The position numbers and the translations under genes were made by a program. Under the pieces are notes generated by a model that ran no database searches, was not told the origin of the DNA, and saw only the letters and a list, made by a program, of their open reading frames with translations. Below are positions 56,277 to 64,000 of a stretch of 64,000 bases of DNA, piece after piece (position 1 is the first letter of the stretch; every line of letters starts with the position of its first letter). This stretch comes from a candidate division WOR-3 bacterium (GTDB lineage: Bacteria > Hydrothermota > Tepidihabitantia > B3-TA06): NCBI GenBank assembly GCA_965649265.1, contig CBFGKC010000006.1, positions 122,883 to 186,882 of the forward strand. Direction: 5' to 3'.

Positions 56277-57304
56277 GTCAGGAGCTTCTCCTTAATCTTT
56301 TAAAAACACTTTCGCCATCAGGCCGGGAGGAGGGGGTCAAAGAGTTTATCAATGGGTTCCTAAAATCCAGGGGAATTCAAACGAAGGACCTGGGTTCACG
56401 GGGGCTGTCATGGGAAGTCGGAAAGGGAGAGGCATTAAGTATTTTTACCTCTCACATTGATCAGGTCTACATGATAGTCGAGCGAATAGACGATGAGGGA
56501 TACATTTATTTCAGGATGCCGGGTGTAGATCCCCGGATTCTTCCATCTCAGGAGATAAGAGTATTCGGGAGAAGAGAACTACGGGGAGTCATCGGTATGA
56601 GACCTCCGCATTTCGTGTCAGAGGCCGAGCGTCAGGCCGTTATTCCCACAGAAAAGCTCTACATAGACGTCGGATTGCCGGTAAACGAAGTCAAGCAAAA
56701 CGTTGAAGTGGGCGACCCATGTTGCTGGTTCGTTGAGCCCTCTTTACTCTTGAATGGTCGCGTCACAGGTTCAGGGCTCGATAACAAGGCTAGTTTGTAC
56801 CTGGCACTGCTATTGACCGAAAGACTTACATCCCTCAATCTTCCGGGAAGGGTTCGTTTTTATGCGACTACGCAGGAGGAGGCTTCCATGTTCGGTGCGG
56901 CATCGGCAGGTCTGCGCGCGGATAGAGAGGGTGAAAGCGTCTCCTTTGCGGTTGTTGCAGACGTTACATTCGCAACATCAAGCGGTGTTTCAGATTCGGC
57001 ATTTCCGTTAGGTAAAGGGCCGACGCTCGGGGTAGGTCCTATTCTATCCCGCAGGCATCTGGAAGTACTTCGTGGTATCGCTTCAGGGCTTTCAATACCT
57101 TACAGTCTCGAACCCCTTGGTAGGACTACCGGAACCGAGGCTGATGTATTGAGCCTTTGTTCAAAAGGGATACCCTCGATATTAATCTCTATCCCATTGA
57201 GAAACATGCACTCCCCGGTGGAAATAATTGACCTTCTTGATGTCAATCACTCTCTTGAACTTCTTGAAGCGGCATTCCGGAAAGAGGAGCTATGGAAACC
57301 ATAA
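56273..57304 (+). CDS. M42 family aminopeptidase, paralog 1
   Basis: SHIDQ, LDNK, QEE, DVT, RNMHSP.E. Confidence 0.88.
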   Translation: MSQELLLNLLKTLSPSGREEGVKEFINGFLKSRGIQTKDLGSRGLSWEVGKGEALSIFTSHIDQVYMIVERIDDEGYIYFRMPGVDPRILPSQEIRVFGRRELRGVIGMRPPHFVSEAERQAVIPTEKLYIDVGLPVNEVKQNVEVGDPCCWFVEPSLLLNGRVTGSGLDNKASLYLALLLTERLTSLNLPGRVRFYATTQEEASMFGAASAGLRADREGESVSFAVVADVTFATSSGVSDSAFPLGKGPTLGVGPILSRRHLEVLRGIASGLSIPYSLEPLGRTTGTEADVLSLCSKGIPSILISIPLRNMHSPVEIIDLLDVNHSLELLEAAFRKEELWKP

Positions 57305-58323
57305 ACGAGGGATTTCTGAAAAAGCTTTGTGACTTGCCAGGCCTGCCCGGGTTTGAGTCCGGAGTCTCCCGACTCATCAAGAAAACTATAGAGGGGAACG
57401 CAGAATCGGTGCGAATGGATTCTCTCGGCAATCTCTACGCGACTAAAGGATCAGCCAAATCCGGACCGCACGTGATGTTTGCCGCGCACATGGATGAGGT
57501 TGGATTGATGGTTGATCGTATTGACAGCGAAGGATTTATCTCCTTTATGCCTCTTGGAGGCATAGACCCCAGAATTCTTCCTGCAAAAAGAGTGCGGGTA
57601 GGAAAAGAAAACATCCCCGGCATGATTGGTGTAAGACCACCTCATCTTGAAGAGAAGGAAAATCTATCGAAAGTAATCCCGATGTCAGCTTTAACCATAG
57701 ACGTAGGTGCGGGCTCAAAAGATGAAGCCGAAAAGTATGTCGAACCCGGGGATCAAATCGTATTTGATACTTACTTTGAAGGTATGGGTGAACTTGTGAA
57801 GGGCAAGGCTTTTGACGACAGGTTGGGGTGCTATGCTCTGACCGAACTGATTAAAGAGGATTTTGATTTTCCCTGCACCTTTGTCTGGACCGTGCAGGAG
57901 GAAGCCGGATTGCGGGGTGCACATCTGGCATCAAGAGCGGTCCAGCCTGATTTTCTCATTGTTCTCGAAGGAACAGGTGCAGGGGATGTGCCGGTGGATA
58001 AAGATGTGTCTCGAGCGCCTAAGCTAGGGAAAGGCCCGGTGGTTACTCTTCTCGATGCGAGCGCAATCTTTAGTAAGAAATTCGTGGATTTTGTAACGAG
58101 TATTGCAGACCGTTACGAAATACCATGGCAGTACAAACGTCCTCTAGTAGGTGGTACGGACGCGGGTGCGGCGGTACGTGAGAAAGCTTTATATGCCGTA
58201 GTTGTCGCAATACCTTGCAGATACATACATTCACCAGTTGCAATATCCTCCGTCAAGGATATAATTAATACCACAAAGCTGGTTAAAAGTGTTTCAAAAA
58301 ATCTTTATGAGGCAAACCTGTGA
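57292..58323 (+). CDS. M42 family aminopeptidase, paralog 2
   Basis: AHMDEVG, KAFDDR.G, VQEE.G.RGA, GGTDAG, RYIHSP. Confidence 0.92.
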   Translation: METINEGFLKKLCDLPGLPGFESGVSRLIKKTIEGNAESVRMDSLGNLYATKGSAKSGPHVMFAAHMDEVGLMVDRIDSEGFISFMPLGGIDPRILPAKRVRVGKENIPGMIGVRPPHLEEKENLSKVIPMSALTIDVGAGSKDEAEKYVEPGDQIVFDTYFEGMGELVKGKAFDDRLGCYALTELIKEDFDFPCTFVWTVQEEAGLRGAHLASRAVQPDFLIVLEGTGAGDVPVDKDVSRAPKLGKGPVVTLLDASAIFSKKFVDFVTSIADRYEIPWQYKRPLVGGTDAGAAVREKALYAVVVAIPCRYIHSPVAISSVKDIINTTKLVKSVSKNLYEANL

Positions 58324-59219
58324 ATGTTGATTTGTTGAAGACGATGTGTTCAACTTATGGTCCAACGGGGCGAGAAACAAGGATCGCCGACTTGCTGAAC
58401 AAGTCGCTTGTATCCAGTGGTTTCAAAGTTTTTGTGGACTCATTAGAAAACGTATTTGCACTGAAGGGTGAGAGGCCGAGTGATGTTTTTATTACGCATA
58501 TTGACCAACGATCGTGGGTTGTTGAGCACAAGGACAAGGACGGATTTCTTCAATTAAAGTCTATCCCCCAGGGTTCTGAACCGGTTTCCGGATGGGCTTT
58601 GGATGAAAATAAAAATAAATATTATGTTTATTTATGTAAAGAAAGCAAGACTTTCTACGCGGAACCCCTGACTGATGACGGAGGAAAGGTTGGCGATTTT
58701 CTTGTTCCCGATTCCGGGTTCCAATCCTCTGAAAGAAAAATCCTTGCAGGTGCTCTTTCCGATCGCGCAGGAGTATCGATTCTTCTTGAGGCCGCGGAGG
58801 AATTGAGTAAATCTGCTAAGTCGGTTGCTTTGATTTTCTATGTCGGGAGGCATCTTGGTTTTATGGGGCTTACTTCCTCTCTTAGAAGTGTTGATTTTGA
58901 GCGTATATTCGTAATTGAAGCATTTGAAAACAATACTTCCTTTGATGAGGGGGGGGTGCTTCTACCAGTACGCACTCAAAGAAGCATTCCGCCGTCTAAC
59001 ACATCGGGAGTAGTTACACAAATAGCAAACAAGGAAGGAGTTGGCGTTCAAAAGGTTATTATAGCCGAGCAACAAAGTGCAGCGGATATACTTGCACGAA
59101 GCGGTGTCGAAAGTCTTGTTTTGGGTATACCATTAAGATATTACGGTTCAAGTGTTGAGTGTTTGAAAACAGCTGACTACGATGCTTTGTTAAAGCTCGT
59201 AAGGAGGCTCGAAGAATGA
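58320..59219 (+). CDS. M42-like protein, probably catalytically inactive (paralog 3)
   Basis: P.G.E, THID and LSDRAG retained. QEE replaced by GRH; RY.H replaced by RYYG. Confidence 0.7.
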   Translation: MNVDLLKTMCSTYGPTGRETRIADLLNKSLVSSGFKVFVDSLENVFALKGERPSDVFITHIDQRSWVVEHKDKDGFLQLKSIPQGSEPVSGWALDENKNKYYVYLCKESKTFYAEPLTDDGGKVGDFLVPDSGFQSSERKILAGALSDRAGVSILLEAAEELSKSAKSVALIFYVGRHLGFMGLTSSLRSVDFERIFVIEAFENNTSFDEGGVLLPVRTQRSIPPSNTSGVVTQIANKEGVGVQKVIIAEQQSAADILARSGVESLVLGIPLRYYGSSVECLKTADYDALLKLVRRLEE

Positions 59220-60172
59220 AATCAAAAGAGAAACCTGAAGAAAAAAAACAGCAGAAACTGCAACTGACCGGTCAGCCTCAACTGACCGGATCCATAACTT
59301 ATACGAAGATAAGTCCTCAAAAAAAACAAGAAAAGAAGACTTCAAAACCACTGCAGCTTTCCAAAAAGATCTCCTTTAACATCACTCCGAACTTTTCCAA
59401 CAAATACTACAGCAAGACCTATTCAAAAAGAGCGGTGGTCGGAATTCTAACCGGCCTTGGAGTATTTGTTGCAGGTGTTATTTTCATGCTGGTCTATGCT
59501 CTTCAGATTTACGGTCAGATTGCCGAGGTTCAGTATCTCAGGCGGCGCAATTCCGAACTCGAGCAGGGACTCGTAAAACTTCCGGAACTGAAACGTGAGC
59601 TTGCGGTGAGTCAAAAGAAGCTTGATCAGTTGAGGTACATGTTAGGTTTGGCCAAGTCTCCTGAACCTGTCGACTATACCAAGCTTGTATTTCAATATAA
59701 ACCGATCATACCAACTTTGGACAGCCTGGATACAACTCAGGTAGACACTACCCAGATAGAGGAAGACATAGAAGATTTTTACCCTCAGGTGCCTCCTACG
59801 GTGGGGTTTCAGATATCCAGGGGATTTTCTCAAAGCCATCCCGGTATTGATTTTGCAACGTCGGAAGGCAAGCCGGTATTTGCGACTTCCGATGGGATAG
59901 TCAGTGATGTGGGAACGGATACGCTTTACGGAAACTATTTAAAACTACGTCACGGGCCGTACTACGAAACGTTTTACGGACATCTTAAGTCGGTTGCGGT
60001 GAAGAAGGGTGAACAAGTAAGAATAAATCAAATAGTGGGTTTTGTGGGTAACACTGGTCGCTCGAGCGGTCCACATCTTCATTTCGAAGTACGCCACAAG
60101 GGAACCCCTATAGATCCTTCCAAATTGTTTGTCACCAAACGCGAATATAAAGGAGGAGTATACAATGACTAG
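59216..60172 (+). CDS. M23 family peptidase with TM segment and coiled coil
   Basis: HPGIDF, YGN, YGHL, GNTGRSSGPHLHFEV. Confidence 0.92.
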   Translation: MKSKEKPEEKKQQKLQLTGQPQLTGSITYTKISPQKKQEKKTSKPLQLSKKISFNITPNFSNKYYSKTYSKRAVVGILTGLGVFVAGVIFMLVYALQIYGQIAEVQYLRRRNSELEQGLVKLPELKRELAVSQKKLDQLRYMLGLAKSPEPVDYTKLVFQYKPIIPTLDSLDTTQVDTTQIEEDIEDFYPQVPPTVGFQISRGFSQSHPGIDFATSEGKPVFATSDGIVSDVGTDTLYGNYLKLRHGPYYETFYGHLKSVAVKKGEQVRINQIVGFVGNTGRSSGPHLHFEVRHKGTPIDPSKLFVTKREYKGGVYND

Positions 60173-60521
60173 CACTGGCAAAGATGCCAAACTTGATACA
60201 ATAATTGGAAAAGAAACTACGGTGACCGGAAACGTCAAAACAAAAGGGAGCCTTCGTATTGACGGTGAGTTTGAAGGCAACATAACCGTCTCCGATACCT
60301 TCACTGCGGGCTCAAGCGCCCATGTAAAAGGCGACGTCCGCTGCAAGGATGCGTTTGTCGGCGGCAAGATAGACGGCAACGTCTATTCTCACGGCAAGGT
60401 CGAGATGCATTCGGGTGCAAACCTTACGGGTGATATCACTTGCAGGGGGTTGATTATTCAGGACAACGTCTTTTTTGAGGGACGCTGCTCCATGAAGGAG
60501 AAGGAGGAGGTAAAGAAGTAA
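60165..60521 (+). CDS. Bactofilin (polymer-forming cytoskeletal protein)
   Basis: TIIG....V.G.....G.LRIDG.FEG.I...F.G.C.M. ATG 60165 follows SD AGGAGG. Confidence 0.92.
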   Translation: MTSTGKDAKLDTIIGKETTVTGNVKTKGSLRIDGEFEGNITVSDTFTAGSSAHVKGDVRCKDAFVGGKIDGNVYSHGKVEMHSGANLTGDITCRGLIIQDNVFFEGRCSMKEKEEVKK

Positions 60522-60526
60522 GCATT

Positions 60527-62257
60527 ATGAATGCCGCACTTGGTGCGACACTGGCCTTTTTGTGGTTGATGCCCCCTATGGGGGGCACCAAATTGACCGA
60601 TGAGGCATGGCTACGATATAAGGAACTTGGATTAAACCAAAGCAGGGCATCTATGAAAAGCACTGCCGGCCGGCCGGGTATCTTGTCTGTTGAAGGCATA
60701 AGGCGTTTTCCGGTGGTTTTCATGTCTTACTCCGATAAGGCTGCTACTTACGGATCAACTGACTTTCAGATGATGCTGTTTGACGGGCCATGGGTTTCGG
60801 GAAGCGCTCACGAATACTACAATCAGGTCTCTTATGGAAAGGTCGATCTTCAGGGGCAGGTCGTCGGACCTTACACTGCAAAAAACACGTATACTTATTA
60901 TGCAAATGACAACTACGGCATAAGCGATAATTATGACCGTTCGGCCGGTGCTCTCGTTTGGGAAGCTTGTCAGGCCTCAGATGCGACTATCGATTACTCG
61001 CTTTACGACAATGATGGTGACGGATTCGTAGATATATTCACGATAATCCACGTCGGTTATGGAGCAGAAGAGACCGGAGATAAGCAGGATATCTGGTCTC
61101 ACGAGTTTTCCCTATCCGGATGGGCCAGTTATGGAGGTCCTGGGGTATATGTTACGAATGATCCAGACCCCAATCACTCGGGTTCGTATATTAAAATAGA
61201 CGTTTACACCATCAATCCGGAGCAGTCGGATTATTCGGTACAAGGGACAATATCAAGTATAGGTGTTTTTTGCCACGAATGGGGGCACGGTTTCGGTTTA
61301 CCCGATCTGTACATAACGGATGGTTCTAATGCGGGTTCTCCTGGTCTTGGGCATTTCTGCCTCATGGCCTCGGGTTCGTGGGGGGGGGACCCTGCCGGCT
61401 CCTCCCCGGTCCACCCTTGCGCGTGGTGCAAATATCTTCTTGGCTGGGTAAACCCTCAGGCTGTCGAGCGAGGCGGCGTAGAAAAAGTGGACAATGCTTC
61501 CTTTCCGACCGTTGCTGCAAGCTCAACCGCTTACAGGATTTTCGCGAATCCTTCAGGAGCGGACTGGTCATTCGAAAAAAACGGGCTCGGAGAGTACTTT
61601 CTCATTGAGAATCGGAGGCGCATCGGTTTTGACAAAGGACTTCCGGGTGACGGCCTCCTCATTCTTCACGTCGACGAATCCAGGCAGAACAACAACGATC
61701 TTTCCAATCCGCTCGTCGGGATAATGCAGGCCGACGGCGATCCAGGATTTCTCTTTACGTCAGGCGTCGGCGAGGATTCAGACTTATGGAAATCGGACAG
61801 CCAGGGCTTTTCGAACGCATCGATTCCATCCAGCCGTTTTTATGACGGCGCTCCTTCAGGCGCTTCCGTGATCTTAATTTCCGCTTCCGACAGCATAATG
61901 ACTGCCACCCTTGAGATTGCTCCGCTTCTTCTGGGCAGGATTTACTCGTATCCCAACCCGTACAACGTTCACGAACACGATAAAGCGAGCATAATATTCG
62001 AACCTACGGATGAGGACAAAACAAAAAATCAATATCCTGAGTTCAAGGTATACATATACAACATTGCGGGGGAGAGGGTCAGGGTTCTTGACGAGAAGCC
62101 TGCCGAGATCAGCATTTACGGCAGGGCTGCCTACTGGAATGGAAACAATGACAAGCAAAACCCTGTTGCATCGGGACTTTATTTTTATATCATAGAAACT
62201 TACGAGGACGGAGTCGTTAAGGAGCGCAGCAAGGGTTGTCTTACGCTTGTGCGTTAG
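60527..62257 (+). CDS. M6 family (immune inhibitor A-like) metalloprotease with FlgD-Ig/sorting-like C-terminal domain
   Basis: YDNDGDG.VD...H.G.G.E, IWSH, HEWGH.FGLPDLY, LM..GSW, EYFLIENR; YPNP...YNIAGE...W.G......VASGLYF. Confidence 0.9.
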   Translation: MNAALGATLAFLWLMPPMGGTKLTDEAWLRYKELGLNQSRASMKSTAGRPGILSVEGIRRFPVVFMSYSDKAATYGSTDFQMMLFDGPWVSGSAHEYYNQVSYGKVDLQGQVVGPYTAKNTYTYYANDNYGISDNYDRSAGALVWEACQASDATIDYSLYDNDGDGFVDIFTIIHVGYGAEETGDKQDIWSHEFSLSGWASYGGPGVYVTNDPDPNHSGSYIKIDVYTINPEQSDYSVQGTISSIGVFCHEWGHGFGLPDLYITDGSNAGSPGLGHFCLMASGSWGGDPAGSSPVHPCAWCKYLLGWVNPQAVERGGVEKVDNASFPTVAASSTAYRIFANPSGADWSFEKNGLGEYFLIENRRRIGFDKGLPGDGLLILHVDESRQNNNDLSNPLVGIMQADGDPGFLFTSGVGEDSDLWKSDSQGFSNASIPSSRFYDGAPSGASVILISASDSIMTATLEIAPLLLGRIYSYPNPYNVHEHDKASIIFEPTDEDKTKNQYPEFKVYIYNIAGERVRVLDEKPAEISIYGRAAYWNGNNDKQNPVASGLYFYIIETYEDGVVKERSKGCLTLVR

Positions 62258-62284
62258 AATGCGTACACGTTAGGAGGATTTATC

Positions 62285-63019
62285 ATGAATGATTCGAGAA
62301 GAGTACTGATTACGGGTGCGGCGGCAGGCATCGGGAAAGCTATTGCTCTGGAGTTGGCCGGAGAATATCCGCTTGTCCTCCTGGACGTTAATCTGGATGG
62401 CTTAAAGGAGACCGGCAAAGAGGTCGAGGAACTCGGCGGCAAGGCTTCCTTCTACAAGGCAGATGTTACATCCCTTGAGGCAATGAACGAACTTTCAGTC
62501 AAGATAGAGAATGAAGTCGGGCCCGTTACCATCGTCATCAACAATGCAGGTATTACGAGGGATACGCTTCTTATGCGCATGGATGCCGATACTTGGGATC
62601 TTGTTCTAAAAGTTAATCTTACCGGTGCCTTTAACGTATCCAAGGCATTTCTCAAATCCATGATGAAGGAGCGCTGGGGACGCATTATAAATATGACTTC
62701 TGTTGTCGGCCAGATGGGCAACGCAGGTCAGGCAAACTATGCCGCTTCCAAGGCCGGTTTGATAGGCTTTTCCAAATCCCTTGCCCGCGAGCTGGGTTCA
62801 CGCAATATTACGGTCAACTGCGTCGCTCCCGGATTTATAAAGACACCCATGACCGATGTTCTTCCGGAAGAAATAAAAGAAAACTATATGAAGCAGATTC
62901 CTCTGAAACGCCCGGGTACTGCCGAAGATGTCGCAAAGGTAGTCAAGTTTCTTTGCTCGGACGATTCCTCATACATCACAGGCCAGGTGATCCGTGTCGA
63001 CGGCGGTATGTTGATGTGA
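62285..63019 (+). CDS. fabG: 3-oxoacyl-ACP reductase
   Basis: TGA..GIG, NNAGITRD.L.MRM, GNAGQANYAASKAG, PGFI.T.MT, VDGGM. Confidence 0.93.
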   Translation: MNDSRRVLITGAAAGIGKAIALELAGEYPLVLLDVNLDGLKETGKEVEELGGKASFYKADVTSLEAMNELSVKIENEVGPVTIVINNAGITRDTLLMRMDADTWDLVLKVNLTGAFNVSKAFLKSMMKERWGRIINMTSVVGQMGNAGQANYAASKAGLIGFSKSLARELGSRNITVNCVAPGFIKTPMTDVLPEEIKENYMKQIPLKRPGTAEDVAKVVKFLCSDDSSYITGQVIRVDGGMLM

Positions 63020-63029
63020 GAGTGATGTG

Positions 63030-64000
63030 ATGATGGGCGTGCTTCTCCTGCTTCTTTTCTCGACACCCAGAGAGGATTTCGACCAGGCGGTCCAGGCCTA
63101 CAAGAACGGTTTGTACGGGCCTGCCCTTTACGCAATGGAGCAGCTTTTGCTCGAACCAGATTTCGAGGCGGCAGATAGTGCGCTGCTCTTGGCCGGGCAG
63201 TCTGCATTCGCTCTTTCGCGTTTTGACAAGGCATTACGCTATCTCGAACGCCATCTTGCGGAATCTGCAGACCCCGATCCCTTAGCTCTTGAGAAGTCCG
63301 TAATTTCGTCCCTTGAACTCAATCTTGTTCCAAAAGCGTATGAACTTTTTTCCAAATATCCGAGGTTCGAGGTAACTAAAGAGACAAAGTTGAGATTAGC
63401 CTCGAAACTGGAAGAATCCAAGGAGTTCGAAAAGGCCCGAGATGTCTATATGACCATAGACGATCCTGATATTCGACTTATAGGAGCAAAAATGCTTCTT
63501 TCCGCAGGAAGGCAGGATCTTCTGAGGCCATATCTCGCCGATCTTGAAAAAACCTATCCACAAGTGGCCGCGACCGTTGCTTCCTTGCAGATTGAATCAA
63601 CTCTTGCCAGGGCCGACAGTCTTTCCTCGATGGAATCCGGCCTTGCAATGGGGAAGCCCTCAGGCGCTACACCAACTCAGGCTTATGCGCTCGGAAACCT
63701 GTTTGAATCGTTTAATCTTTACGAAGATGCCGTAGATTACTTCGAATCTGCAGTAAACCAGCGTTACTATGATGCCTTGCTGCCGCTCGGTTCCTCTTAC
63801 GCCGCGTTGGGTAACAATGCCAGGGCGCTTAAAGTATATGATGAGGCTCGAAAAAAACTCTCCTTCTCCTCATCCGATAAAACGCTTGAGTCCAGGGTCA
63901 GGCTTCTTTCTGGTCTGGATTTCGACGCGAAGTCGTTAACTGGCGAGAGCTTCAGGACGTGGGACGAGTTCGAGAAGGCGCTTGATATTGTTAAGGAAAA
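63030..64000 (+). CDS. Partial exported TPR-repeat protein (runs off the right edge; absent from the ORF track)
   Basis: Manual translation of the 5' part: MMGVLLLLFSTPREDFDQAVQAYKNGLY..A...ALLLAGQSAFALSRFDKALRYLE, a TPR-like helical pattern. Confidence 0.7.
   Translation, partial: MMGVLLLLLFSTPREDFDQAVQAYKNGLYGPALYAMEQLLLEPDFEAADSALLLAGQSAFALSRFDKALRYLERHLAESADPDPLALEKSVISSLELNLVPKAYELFSKYPRFEVTKETKLRLASKLEESKEFEKARDVYMTIDDPDIRLIGAKMLLSAGRQDLLRPYLADLEKTYPQVAATVASLQIESTLARADSLSSMESGLAMGKPSGATPTQAYALGNLFESFNLYEDAVDYFESAVNQRYYDALLPLGSSYAALGNNARALKVYDEARKKLSFSSSDKTLESRVRLLSGLDFDAKSLTGESFRTWDEFEKALDIVKE

Overview
Bacterial chromosomal window of roughly 50% GC, judged by eye. The gene content suggests a diderm of the FCB group or similar, possibly WOR-3-like (inference): many exported proteins carry C-terminal 'YD..G..GVYF' sorting-like domains, there are beta-barrels and TonB, and a V/A-type ATPase. 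Housekeeping genes include nnr, rsmA, TatD, polA, a G1P-nucleotidyltransferase, a btu-like ABC transporter, V-ATPase C-F-A-B-D, hisS, parAB, three M42 peptidases, an M23 peptidase with bactofilin, an M6 protease and fabG. The stand-out locus is 7181-15101 (minus strand). It holds 12 tandem paralogous exported proteins/lipoproteins, each with a conserved ~35-aa amphipathic leader in front of the signal peptide, an invariant Cys-Tyr ((T/M/G)CY) motif just after the predicted cleavage site, and an Ig-like domain. A radical SAM/SPASM enzyme follows immediately. This looks like a RiPP-style post-translational modification system acting on a diversified family of exported proteins. Other points of note: several REP-like and palindromic repeat families (some read through in coding sequence), many apparently leaderless promoters, and very short signal peptides. 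No rRNA, tRNA, CRISPR array or transposase was recognised.
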